A program made the translations under genes and the position numbers. The notes under the pieces are model-generated. The model was not told the DNA's origin and ran no database searches. It saw only the letters and a program-made list of their open reading frames with translations. This document shows positions 44,051 to 57,118 of a DNA stretch of 64,000 bases, piece by piece. The DNA lies in assembly GCA_951406725.2 (NCBI GenBank), contig OX597819.1, positions 106,578,001 through 106,642,000 of the forward strand, read 5' to 3'. Origin of the DNA: Octopus vulgaris (Eukaryota). Every line of letters starts with the position of its first letter. Position 1 is the first letter of the stretch.

Positions 44051-46297
44051 TAGTTTTATTTTTATAGCGTGCTTTCACTTCACTACCGAGCACAGTTCTG
44101 TGTGCCTTGGGTATGTGCTGTGATTTGTTGTGATGCTCTGATGGTTATTGTATGGAAAGTGTTCTGCGTAGGATGTGTGCAGTGCCTAGTAGTGCAATTT
44201 TCTGTATGTTATACGTGTTTGTAAGTCCTGGTGTTTTTGTTATGTATTTGTCTGAATATTTTTTTATCATGCCTAATGCACCTACTATGATAGGAATTGT
44301 TTCTGTTTTCAGATTCCACATTCAAGTTATCTCTATTTCTAGGTCTTTGTATTTTGAGAGTTTCTCCATTTCTTTTAGAGACACGTTGTCATCAGCCGGT
44401 ATTGATACATCAATTAGAAAGCATTTTTTTCTTCATGATCTCTGACAACTATATCTGGTCTGTTGGCCTTAATTTCTCTATCTGTGTGTATCGGCATATC
44501 CCAGAGTATGGTTGCTTTCTCGTTTTCTGTGACCTTTTCTGGTGTGTGCCTATACCATCTTTTTTCTGTTGTTATTCCATAATGTTGGCATAGCTTCCAA
44601 TGTATGTAGGTTCCAACTCTGTCATGTCTGTGAATATATTCCTTCTTAGCCAGGACTGGGCAGCTAGAGATAATATGATTTATTGTTTCTTGTCCATCTC
44701 CACATATTCTGCAGTTACTTGTAATATTTCTTTTCATTACATGTTTTTGGTAATTTCTGGTGGGGAGGCTTTGGTCTTGTGCTGCAATTAAAAATCCCTC
44801 TGTTTCTGCTTTGAGTCCTGAGCTTCTCAACCATTGCTGGGATTTTTCTTTGTCTATTTCTTTTGCGTTTAGTTTAGTCCAGTATTTACCATGAAGGGGC
44901 TTTTCTTGCCATCGTTTTATCATGGTTCGTTGCTGTTCTATTTTTAGTTTGGATTTCATTTGTTTTATAGCTTTTGTTGTTTCTTCATCTTCTGCTTCTT
45001 CTTCATGTTTATTAGGTGGTATGATTTCTTGTTTGTATTTGTCAGCTTCCTTAAATACTGAGAACAGTTTTTTGTTTTGCTCGTGTTTTGCAGCTATCTG
45101 GATCAGTTTTCCTTCCTTCTGAAGTAGATATTTTTGCAGTCCTATGGTGGTTATTTTATAGTAGTTTTCCAGCTGTATAAGGCCTCTACCACCTTCTATA
45201 CGTTGTATATATAGTCTTTCTATGTCAGATTTTGGGTGATGCATCCTAGATCCTGTCATTATTTTTCTTGTTTTCCTATCTATTTTGGTCAGTTCATTTC
45301 GTGTCCAGTTAAGGATATTGTAGCTGTAACTTATAACTGGGACAGCTAAAGTGTTGATACCTATTATCTTGTTTTTAACATTGAGCTCTGTGTTTAGTAT
45401 TGATCTAACTCGTCTATAATATTCTTTTTTTTATTTTCTCTTTCATTTGTGTGTGTTGTGTCTTATCTAGTTCATGGATTCCTAAGTATTTGTAAGTTTG
45501 GCTTTGGTCTAATTCTTTTATTTCATTGGTTTTATCTAGTGTGATGTTGTTACTCTTAACTAGTTTTCCTCTTTCATGGTTACTTTGGCGCATTTTTCTA
45601 ATCCAAATTTCATATCTATTTCTTTGGTAAATCCATGAACTGTCTTTAATAGTGTTTCCAGCTGTTTGTCATTTGCAGCGTATAGTTTTAGGTCATCCAT
45701 ATATAAAAGGTGGCTGATCGTTTTGCCGTAACTTTTATATCCGCATCCAGTTCTATTTAGCATATCAGATGGAGGTGACAGTGCCAAGCAGAAAAGGAGT
45801 GGAGAGAGCGTGTCTCCCTGGAATATTCCTCTTCTAATGGGGATGTCTTTGGTTTTCATGAGTCCCTCTTTTGTTTGGAGGTGTAGGACTGTTTGCCATT
45901 TATTCATAGAGTGCTCTATGAATTTTATGATTGCTACTTTGTTAATGGCTAGTGTTTCGAGGATCCATGTGTGGGGGATGCTATCAAACGCCTTTTTGTA
46001 GTCAATCCAGGCCATACTGAGGCCTTTCTTCTTTCTGTGGCTGTCTTCAGTTATGGCTTTATTAATCATTAGTTGATCTTTACAGCCATATGAGCCTTTG
46101 CGGCATCCTTTCTGCTCTTCTGGGAACAGTTTGTTTTCGTCCAGGTGCTTGTTCAGCCTTTGTGATATCACTGCAGTAAATGCCTTGAACATAGTAGGGA
46201 GGCAGGTTATTGGTCTGTAGTTTTCTGGTTTTTCTGTTTCATTTGATTTGGGAATTAAGATGGTTTTCCCCTTCGTTAGCCATTCAGGCATTGTCTC
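44048..46297 (-). mobile_element. 5'-truncated R4/Dong-type RLE retrotransposon flanked by (TAA)n
   Basis: RT motifs YRPITCL, GIFQGDTLSP and HLLYMDDLK. Also CRICG..ETINHIISSC, RHD and RPDIV (RLE). TAA runs lie on both sides. Confidence 0.93.
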
Positions 46298-46352
<55 letters not shown>

Positions 46353-46368
46353 TATCATTATCATCATT

Positions 46369-46452
<84 letters not shown>

Positions 46453-46454
<2 letters not shown>

Positions 46455-46910
46455 ATCAATCAATATAAGGGTAACAAAAAATTTCAAGAAAAAATTTCTT
46501 GAAATTTTTTTTTACCCTTATATTGATTGATTAATGAATTTTTGACTAATTCTGAAATTTGTATCAGCAGCTTATATTTGCTGCGGAGTAGATGGCGCGA
46601 TTACGGTGAATTCGAAAATTTACGATATATAGACCCGAGGCTTAGATGGTGTAGCCTCGTGTATATATATCTGCCTCCTATTTTGGTGACTTTGCTGACG
46701 AGAAAAGCCAAGCGTAAACTGATTTAATTTAATTAAATTAAATTTGATTGCGTGAAGATGTTGAAACCTTGCAGGGTACAAAGTTTGAAGGGGATAAATG
46801 TTTTTTATTTTCCTCTAGTTTCAGAATTACTACTATTTTTTGCGGTGTTGAGTTTTAGCTGCTCTTTTCAAGTGAGTCGAACGACCTTCTCCTTAATATT
46901 TTGTTGAATG

Positions 46911-46912
<2 letters not shown>
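46453..46912 (+). mobile_element. Diverged HHR-bearing non-coding element (homologue of the 493-bp unit) with inverted 5' arm, in (TA)n
   Basis: Colinear similarity to the 493-bp unit (ACCCT.ATATTGATT..TTATGAATTTT, GATTTAATTTAAT, AAATGTTTTTTA, TTTGCGGT). Palindrome at 46453-46533. Confidence 0.8.
46689..46784 (+). ncRNA. Type I hammerhead ribozyme with long stem II insertion
   Basis: ACTTTG-CTGACGA-[~60 nt]-GAAA-CCTTGCAGGG-TA^-CAAAGT. Perfect 6-bp stem I and near-palindromic stem III; the base of stem II is weak. Confidence 0.75.
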
Positions 46913-46966
<54 letters not shown>

Positions 46967-48252
46967 TGTATGTATTTGTGCATTTCTCTATGTCCCTCTT
47001 TCAGTCTCTCTTCCCCTCTCGCTCACACTTTCTTCATATAAATATTCTAATATACACATGTGATATATAGGACAGCATATGTAGGTCAAGTTCTATTGAA
47101 AGAAACTTTATGCTTTGTTTTATATATTTATTAGGCGTTCTGCATATTTTCCTATTAATACTTTTCCATTTGTTTGGAAGAATGATGTTCTCAAATTAGA
47201 CATTCTCATCTCTCTACTTTACGATTCTATCTATCTTCAGGGCATGAATTATTTTTGTTCTGCGTAATAACATCTTTTATTGTTGGCATTTGTGATATGT
47301 ATTGGCATTGTACGGGCTTTTTCTTTTAATCTGTTAAATCTATTTGTCTATTGTTTCTAAATCGCTTTTGTCAATTGCATCTGCTCTTTGTGCGTATATT
47401 TTGTCATCTTGCTATCCTCTGTGTGAAGTTTCTATGATTGATATTCTGTTTTTAGTGAAGTATCTTTTATTTAGAGTATGAATCCGTTATCAGCTTTAAT
47501 CTATTTACCTAAGCTTTCGTTTCGTGTAGCTGTGTGTCATGCATTGCGATTGATCCGTGGTGATTCCAGAAGACTGTGACGAAAACGTATGCCCAATGTA
47601 ACAATTGGGATTATAAAGTTTATTACGTTAACATTTGCAAAGGAAACGATAAATTACACAGGTTATTTTTATGCTTGTTTTAGTTATTCATATTTGCAGT
47701 ACATTATGCTACGCTTCAGTAAAAAGAACAAAAACGTAAAAGAAACACCGAAAGAGTCCATTAACGGTAACATATCCTTCCATTCTGCCAAGAACAGAAT
47801 AAATATTTGAAAGCTAAACGCCAAGCTTCAAATTCTGCATGTTAGTTCAATATGAATCCTATTGGCCGTCAATATACGCGTGGTTGTTACATATGCCGTG
47901 AAAATGTTACTTTCTGAAGATGCCTAGAATTCTTCATGATGAACATCGGAAATGTGTTGTTTCAAACGTACAGCAAAAGACATACGAAACTGGGGAAAAC
48001 AACTTAAGAAAGGAATCAGAACTAGAAAGAAAACTTTCATGTTTTCACACACACGAACAACACACGCACCCACCACACACCTTTTATCTTTTACTGGTTT
48101 CATTCATTAGACTGGGGTCTTGAATAATTTTATTTTTAAGCCTGGCATTTATATCATCGGTATCTTTTGCCGAGAAGTTAAGTTACGTGTACGTAACCAA
48201 ACCAACACCAGCTGTGTTAAATCGAACTAAAATTATCTATATATATATCAAC

Positions 48253-48283
<31 letters not shown>

Positions 48284-48329
48284 TAGACTGTTACCTATTT
48301 ACTCTCTCAATAAACACTCACATATATAA

Positions 48330-48368
<39 letters not shown>

Positions 48369-48444
48369 CGTGTGTGTGTATACGCATAATATATATACAC
48401 ATATACGCATACATAGACGAGTACATATACACATATACACATAG

Positions 48445-48675
48445 GGTGGCGAGCTGGCAGAAACGTTAGCACGCTGGGCGAAATGCGTAGCCGTATTTCG
48501 TCTGCTGTTACGTTCTGAGTTCAAATTCCGCCGAGGTCGACTTTGCCTTTCATCCTTTCGGGGTCGATAAATTAAGTACCAGTTACGCACTGGGGTCGAT
48601 GTAATCGACTTAATCCGTGTGTCTGTCCTTGTTTGTCCCCTCTATGTTTAGCCCCTTGTGGGCAATAAAGAAATA
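48445..48675 (+). mobile_element. tRNA-derived SINE, family B (full length)
   Basis: A-box-like GAGCTGGCAGAAACGTTAG and B-box GAGTTCAAATTCC. A near-identical inverted copy lies at 18295-18520. Confidence 0.88.
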
Positions 48676-50727
48676 TATACACATATACACATACAAACAC
48701 ACTAACACACACACATGTATCATTTATCCGAAAAAGCTCACTTTATGACCGGACATGGCTTTAACTACTGATATACATAGATACATAGATACACACACAA
48801 ACACACACGTACACACACACACATATAGATAGATATAATTAAACACACGTAGCATAAATGTCAGTGTGTTAAATGAATTCAAGCGTTGGAATAAAGAAAA
48901 CTTTGGCCGCTGACCCGTAAACGATATTAATGAACCAATAAAATAAATTAAAATAGAGTATTTTTTAGGTGAGCTCCAGTGGGATGTAGCTCTTTGAGGG
49001 AAATAATTGCACCTAATTATTAAAGTACAAAACATCATGGTAAATATTATAAGTAATTTGAATAATAAAATGATAATTTCGTAAGAGGAAAATTGAATAG
49101 GATTGAATAAATAAATTATTGAATGACCCTTTTGAATAAACTTTATTGAATAATTTTAATAATGTAGGGTCGTAACATAATTAATAAACAGATTCAATAC
49201 GCACAATAACAACAAATTTCTGTCTGGATATGCATCTAAAATATTATTTAAAGAAAATTGGTAATTAAAATTGAAAACAATTGAAAAAAATGTAAACAAA
49301 ATATAAACTAAATGAAAAACTAACGGATAAAATTTATGGATAAAATTTAGTATAGTTGTACGGAAAAACGGGGGTATGCGTTCGAAACTATCGCAAATTA
49401 AAAGAGCTTACGAAAAGTCGAAGGTTTTTTGTTTTATTTTAATTTTTTACTGTGTATGTTTGAATAGAGGAGATTTACTACGTAAAAGTGGGCAATGCCG
49501 GAATCAAAGTTCTGATATCCATAGATGATAGTTTGGCATTTCACAAAGTATTTATTAGCGTGCCTACAATGGCTCAAGAGCTCTGCCTTCTGGTTTAGAG
49601 CATGTTTCGGAAGGAACACACACACACACATGTAGGTGTTTTGAGACTGGTACAATTAACTAAACGAAATCTAGCAAAGACTGATATCCACCCATTGAAA
49701 GCAAGGGCGTATTAGGTCCAAAGATAACTGACACCACGGACATTTTAGATTCATCGCACATTTAACAGTTAGAATTTATTCTTTGTATTATTTTATATTA
49801 GTACTAGAATTCCATTAAATGAATTACATCAATTATATGTAAGACATTACATCAATTACATACGTTTCGATCGAAACAGATAGACGTAATTATTTATCTT
49901 ATTATTTCTACTTTAGTTGATATCTCTCAATTCGATTTTGCAGATATACAATGGTGACATTTTATGCTTTCCCCATGGATAGTAACATCATAATTGAAGT
50001 GAAATATCTACAAAAATATATGAGAAACGAAATATGAACTGAATTGCCTTCTATTTCAGCGTTTAAAGCAAGCCAATTTTCAATCCATTGTCATCATCAT
50101 TAATAATATGATTAATATGACTGAAGTCATCATCATTAATAATACCTACAACCATATTCCTCATCAATCTTTATCATTGCTTCCGTTGGGGTCTTAGACG
50201 TTGGCGCCATCATTACCATCGTCATCATCTTCACCACCATCACTACCATCATAGTCACAATTAACATTAACAATATCATCATTATCACCATCATCTATTT
50301 CATCAACATCATCATCATCATCATCATCATTATATCCATCATCACCATCGCCAATGCCATAATCATCAACGTCGTCGCTGTCACCATGTTTCTTATACAC
50401 AACATCAGTATCAGATCTGTTTTATCGTGGTTATATTCCCTAGTATCGTTAATCGCTACATCATTATTTCAGCACAGGAGATCGATATCAGGACGAATAT
50501 ATTCTCTCCTTTGTCCGAATTATGATTTCTATTCAGACATGAAATGTTCGATGATAGTTCGTAATTTGATTATTTTATTTGTTTGATACGTAGGAGTATT
50601 TGTGTGAGAATGGGAGGGGGAGACAGAAAGAAAGAAAGAAAGATGGAGAGTGAGAGAGAGAGAGAGAAGAGAGAATATGAAAACCTGTGCGTGTGTGTGT
50701 ATATATATGTATAAATGTGTGAGTGTG

Positions 50728-51510
50728 CTCATCCCACAAATAATGCGGTTTTTATACTTCTTTTATTTTTCAAAATTAAGACAAAGTTCTTCAGTCTAAG
50801 ATATATTCCCTTCATTTACTACAATGTTCTTCCTTCTATCTGGTAGTCTTGCAAGGCCCCTCTTCCAAAATTCACTTGTCCATAACGAAAACTACTCTTC
50901 TACTATTGTTCTGAACTCGTCTACGGAATTCATATTGTTCCCGTCCAAATGATTTTGAAGGCAGTGAAATAAATGATAATGAGATGAGGGAATGTCCGGC
51001 GAATATGGTGGCGGGGCATCGTTTCCCATTCTAACTGCTCCAGTCTTTGGAATGTCGCTGTATGTGGCCGAGACTTATCCTGATGAAAGAACACCTTGCG
51101 TTTTGAAACGAAAGATGGTCGTATTTCTTTTAGCGCTGATGACAATGAATGATTGAATGACCAAATCCAAGATTCTCAGCTAGATCTTCAATAGTTAGGA
51201 TGGGATTTTGTTCCACCAGTATTTGTAGGACATCCTCACGGAGCTTTACAGAGCATCCAGGACGAGGCTAGTTTTCTAAACTGTAGTTTACGGCTCGGAA
51301 TTTCTGGAGCCACCGCTGACACTGGTTTACTCTTCTTTTCCGGTCCCCGTATACTGCATTAATTTTACCTTCATTGAACTCATAAAGCAAAATATGCTCT
51401 TTTATCACTTCCGTTATAGCTTTGAAAATAAAATTGTCAAAATCGAACTGCACTCTTTAAAACTTGCACTAAGAATAAAGTCAAAGTAAAATTACTACCC
51501 GCTTTTATAG
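50728..51510 (-). mobile_element. Degraded, internally deleted mariner
   Basis: Minus-strand HILLYEFN...CQRWLQKFRAVNYSLEN and VFFHQDKSRPHTA...LEWETMP. TIR-like CCCACAAATAATGCGGTTTTT. Confidence 0.75.
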
Positions 51511-51583
51511 CAAGTTGATGCTAGGGATTTTTCACATCCCCTTGGACACAGACACACGCACACATACACACACACACACACAC

Positions 51584-51628
<45 letters not shown>

Positions 51629-52959
51629 AACGCACAATTAAACACAAGCCAACACATACATAGAAACACATACACTCGCACACACAGACGCACACACACA
51701 AGTATATGTGTGTGCACGGACGTGTGCGTGTGTATTGTGTATGTGTGTATATATTTGAGACACTCCGCTCAGTTTTCAAAGAGGAAATTTCTAAACTAAA
51801 ACCGGACCACCGATGAAGCTAGTGAGCGCTCATGTAAGCCCCTGATGTCGAGTGGTAGAGACAAACTGGGAGAATCTTATGATACAGAGCTTCTGTATCA
51901 TAGACCCATATTTATGTGACATACGTTATTGTACAGAACCTATACTTTTTGATTTACAGAAATTTCTAACTTTAAATTTCCTAATCTTGATGTTTAAATT
52001 ACACCGTAATTTATTTAAACTGAAAGTAGGAGCTTTACATCACTGATGATGTGTGTTCGAATCTCATCCACGTCAATGTCATTTATTAATAATGTAAAAT
52101 ATAGATATGGGCTTGTCACAGATTCTATTTTTGAGCACTCGACCGGACGGAAATAACAAACAAATTTTACTCAAATCTATAGCTGTAGTAATTAGGTCAG
52201 ACATTGAACACGCTTGATATACAAGATGCATCCACAAAGACTGCCTTTTAAACAAATGTATTATATATTTTAGGTTCCATTTGATTTCGATCCCAATGCC
52301 TGGAAAGTACTCTAACTTATTTCTGCTTCGAATATGGAGAGGTTAGTCATTTAATAAAAATCTCAAGTGACGGATTAAATGCAATGTAGATTTTGCATTT
52401 CTGATATCGAATGCGATCGATGTGGAAATTGCATTTAATTTTCCCTTGTATACAAAAAAAAACTAATAAAATAAGTATCAGTAATGTACTGGAACTTTGA
52501 CCATACAATATTTTCTCTATTCTATACTTCTAACAGAGAAAAATGCTTTTGTTGTACTCTAAATAAATCGATACTGTCATATATATTCAGCTCACACAAA
52601 CATCCATTCCAGAATGAGAATAGACAGTAGGAAGAAGAAAAAAAAGTAATAATCCATTTTCAATTGGAATAACAGAACAAAAATTTACAACTTCGCGCCG
52701 CAACCACCACCACCACTACCAACAACAACTACAACAACATCAACAACAATAAGAAAAAATACATAAAATAGTAGAAAGCAAAAATAACGAATTTTATAAT
52801 AAATCTAACATTAAAGTGTTTCTGATATTACAGTGTATATGTATATTAATAAAGCAGCCAGCAGGAAATGTAAATAAATTATAGTTGTTGTACACACACA
52901 TACACATATATATGTATGCATGCATCTATACATGTGTATGTGTGTGTGTGTGTACAGAT

Positions 52960-53223
52960 AAATATACATTTATACATATACACATAAAATTTATATAACG
53001 TATATATATAATATATATCCAAAGTATATTAAAAATAACAATAATAAAAATAATATTAATAATCGTACTAGTAATTATATATATATGTGTGTACATGTAT
53101 GTGTGTGTGTGTGTGTTTTTAGAGATAAGTATACATTTAAACATATATGCTTAAAATTTATATAAAATATAATATATATCCATAGTATATCAAAAATAAC
53201 GATCATAAAAATAATACTGATAA
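52960..53223 (+). repeat. AT-rich ~155-bp tandem repeat unit, second copy interrupted by a transposon
   Basis: AGATAA.TATACATTTA...AAAAATAAC.AT.ATAAAAATAATA.T.ATAA occurs twice. The unit resumes at 55691, and another copy lies at 57455-57570. Confidence 0.7.
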
Positions 53224-55690
53224 CACTGGTCGAAAACAAACACGATTTTTGGTGCTAAGAAACAAAACACATTTTTTTAGCTTATTTGATGGAGCTGATT
53301 CCGAAAAGGAACTTAGTTTTTCATGATTAGCTACCGTTTTTGCTGCACTGAAATTGCTCATTTTTGGAAAAAAGATCAATTTACAATCTTGGCTGATTGC
53401 AAAATTCAGTTAGAAACCCATGAATTTTCAGGTAGGTCGAGCAATTTATGTCAGCCACCTGAAATAAAATATTTCTATAAGCAAAAGGTGTTTTTGAGTC
53501 AAATCTTTTAAAATACACGTACCGAAGTTTTCCAATTTCTTGCCAAAATTCAAATTAACTGATAAACTTTCTCAGTAATATACTCTAGTAAACCTGATAA
53601 GTAAGGTGACATAAAAAAAAAGATGAAACCCTAAAATCTTCTGTTTGATAGTCATAAATTTATCCTATCACTTTTATCCTTTCAATACGGAAGGAAACCA
53701 AGCACATTAATAGCTTCTGTTTTCACAGTTAGAAAAAGGTCCGACTAAAGACATACCAATTGAATGCACTTATTCCATTGTACATGATGAACATCATGAA
53801 AATGGTTTCACCAAAACATCTGCCCTCCACCCGGTATTACGAAGATAGGAAGTAGAATCAGTGTAACGACTCTTTCCGTCTTTTGTTATTGACAGTTTTA
53901 CAAGTTTTTCTGTAGGACATTAGGAAAGATCAAATTTCCTAAATGTGAAGACACAAAGTGTAATGTAAATGCTTAACCAACTCATGTTCTCTTTTAATCA
54001 TAGAGATAGAAATCAAATGGCATGGATTCAAAGAGAGGGCGCAAAAATGATCCCAATTCGACCAGTGCCGCATTCAGATGATTTGCCAATTCCAGGTTTT
54101 TACAAAAATGTGTTTAAACTTGTTTAAAGTGACGCGTCTGATACTCGAGTAAATGAGAGACAGCGAAAACGATCCTGACTATGTTCCCGAAGCCGTACCA
54201 GAGCCGTTTAACCAAAATGAGCTGAATGATTTGATTCGGGACTTAAATCTAAGCAAAGAATCAGTAGAACTTTTGGCCTCTATGCTCAACGAAGAACACC
54301 TGTTAGCAAAAGGCACACATGTAACATGCTATCAAAATAGGGATGCCGAATTTGTACCATTATTTAATGAGAACACATATCTTGTTCATTGCAATGATGT
54401 TGAGAGCGTTCTTCTTCGACAAGGCGTCCACAAATACGATCCTGATGAATGGAGATTGTTCATTGATAGTTCAAAACGTAATTTGAAATTCGTTTTGCTC
54501 CATAATATCAACATGTGTGCACCAATACCTATAGGTCATTCAACAAAACTGAAAGAAAAACATGATTTTATCAAACAGGATATGGAACAGATTGACTGCA
54601 CCAAATACACATTGGTGTTAACTGGTAAATTTCCTGCTTGATCAACAAAGTGGCTACACGAAATTCCCATGTTTATTTTTGTGTGTTTGTGGGACAGCAG
54701 AGCAAAAAAAGAGCACTGGAAAAGGAAAGAGAGAAAAGAACGTTATTACTGCAGCGCTAATTTCGAAAGAAAAAAATTATCTTCCCTCCCTTGCATATCA
54801 AATTGGGATTAATGAAACAGTATGTAAGATCACTCGTGAAAGAAAGTAAATGTTTTGAGTATATATGTAAATCGTTTCCAGAACGTAGCACCGAAAAACT
54901 CAAAGCAGGAGTTTTTGATGGTCCTGATACCTGGAGACTCATTAAGGACGATGAATGTGTTAATTCAATGAATGACTTGGAATTACGCGCTTGGACATTG
55001 GTGGGAAAGCTGTTGAAAAGTCTACAGGACATAGGCGCTGATATGAGTATTAAGGTTCTTTTTTTATATAGCCATCTAGATAAATATCCGGATAATTACG
55101 GCGATGTGAGTGATGAACTAGGAGAACGATTTCATCAGGATATCAAAACAATGGAAGAGCGCTACCATGGACGGTGGAACAAAGGAATGATGTCTGACCA
55201 CTGCTGGAATATCAAAAGGGACTTAAATAATATTGAACATGGCAGACAATCAAGAAAGAGAAAAACAATTACCATGGTTCTTATGTTCACGAAAGCTTTA
55301 ATTCGGCTGTTAATTTATTTAACAATTTTATGAAAATACTTGTTTGACTTGGTATATCCAATCGTGTTATTTTTAAAGACTTAGGATCTGATTGTTATTG
55401 CAAAAATAGTATTTCTCAATAAGCAGACCAATATTTGTAGGTTTAAATACGAATTGAGAGGTTTCTACAATTATACTTTGAGAAATATTACCACCGATCA
55501 ATATCAAATTTAAAGAAAGCAAATGAAGAAAATGCCATTTTTTCCAAAAATGAGGCATTTCTGTACAGAGAAAACGGTAGCTAACCAAGAAAAGGTAAGG
55601 TCATTCTCAGATTCAACACCCTCAAATTAGCTAAAAAAAGACGTTTGGTGTCTCGACACCATTTCAATTATTGTTTATTGTTAACCAGTG
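53224..55690 (+). mobile_element. Chapaev3-like (CMC) DNA transposon with TAA target-site duplication
   Basis: taa|CACTGG...CCAGTG|taa with ~150-bp imperfect TIRs and a disrupted transposase. Confidence 0.8.
54153..55333 (+). pseudogene. Chapaev3-like transposase (frameshifted, internal deletions)
   Basis: FNQNELNDLIRDLNLSKE, WRLFIDSSK..LK.VLLHN, LHIKLGLMKQ, KLKAGVFDGP, SDELGERFHQDI..MEERY.GRW...M.DHCW. Confidence 0.8.
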
Positions 55691-55731
55691 TAATCATACT
55701 AATAATTATATATAAGTTTGCGTGTATATAT

Positions 55732-55793
<62 letters not shown>

Positions 55794-56296
55794 ACAATAA
55801 AGGAACGGCCATAATAGGCCATTCACCCACTAGAAATAACAGCCAAAGCTTCAACCGCAAATAAAAGTTAATTCAGTAAACCAGGAGAAAATTTAAAAAA
55901 CATTTACCCTGTAATTTCTTATGTTTTTTAAATTTTCTCCTGGTTTACTGAATTAACTTTTATTTGCGGTTGAAGCTTTGGCTGTTATTTCTAGTGGGTG
56001 AATGGCCTATTATGGCCGTTCCTTTATTGTTGATGTTGAACTTAAAAATGGTCTATGACTATTTTAATTTTTTCCTACTAGGCCGCTGGTGGCAGAAGAA
56101 TTCTACAAAATTTTTTTTGCCACCCTATATTGATTAATTATGAATTTTCTGGTTAATTCCGTAATGGAATCGACGGCTTATATTTATTTGCTGCCGATAA
56201 ATTTGGCGCGAGTGCGACGATTTGAAAATTTTAGGTCAGATATAAACTTGGCAACGTCGGAAATGCCTCGTGAAAATATCTGTTCCGTCTTGGGCT

Positions 56297-56403
56297 ATTT
56301 CTTACTGAAGAATCTGAGGGCCTGTGGAAGATTGGCTTGATTTAATTTAATCAGGTTAGTTTACCATTAATCAGCAGATGAAACGGTATATCGTATAAGA
56401 AAT
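56297..56403 (+). ncRNA. Type I hammerhead ribozyme, copy 1 (predicted cleavage after GUA, 56395)
   Basis: ATTTCTTA-CTGAAGA-ATCTG[58 nt]CAGAT-GAAA-CGGTATATCG-TA^-TAAGAAAT. 8-bp stem I, 5-bp stem II base, near-palindromic stem III and an intact core. Confidence 0.88.
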
Positions 56404-56789
56404 TACAGGGTAAATGTTTTTTAAATTTTCTCCTGGTTTACTGAATTAACTTTTATTTGCGGTTGAAGCTTTGGCTGTTATTTCTAGTGGGTGAATGGCC
56501 TATTATGGCCGTTCCTTTATTGTTGATGTTGAACTTAAAAATGGTCTATGACTATTTTAAATTTTTCCTACTAGGCCGCTGGTGGCAGAAGAATTCTACA
56601 AAATTTTTTTTGCCACCCTATATTGATTAATTATGAATTTTCTGGTTAATTCCGTAATGGAATCGACGGCTTATATTTATTTGCTGCCGATAAATTTGGC
56701 GCGAGTGCGACGATTTGAAAATTTTAGGTCAGATATAAACTTGGCAACGTCGGAAATGCCTCGTGAAAATATCTGTTCCGTCTTGGGCT

Positions 56790-56896
56790 ATTTCTTACTG
56801 AAGAATCTGAGGGCCTGTGGAAGATTGGCTTGATTTAATTTAATCAGGTTAGTTTACCATTAATCAGCAGATGAAACGGTATATCGTATAAGAAAT
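56790..56896 (+). ncRNA. Type I hammerhead ribozyme, copy 2 (predicted cleavage after 56888)
   Basis: Identical to 56297-56403 at +493. Confidence 0.88.
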
Positions 56897-57118
56897 TACA
56901 GGGTAAATGTTTTTTAAATTTTCTCCTGGTTTACTGAATTAACTTTTATTTGCGGTTGAAGCTTTGGCTGTTATTTCTAGTGGGTGAATGGCCTATTATG
57001 GCCGTTCCTTTATTGTTGATGTTGAACTTAAAAATGGTCTATGACTATTTTAATTTTTTCCTACTAGGCCGCTGGTGGCAGAAGAATTCTACAAAATTTT
57101 TTTTGCCACCCTATATTG

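Noticed and set aside
48445-48530. tRNA-like A/B boxes
   Set aside because: These are SINE heads followed by shared SINE bodies, with no complete cloverleaf.
50194-50400. Asp/Gly-rich ORF
   Set aside because: It is a degenerate (CAT)n microsatellite.
56140-56833. Duplicated 66-aa ORF in the 493-bp unit
   Set aside because: No recognisable domain, it overlaps the ribozyme, and the peptide is not conserved in the 46.5-kb homologue.
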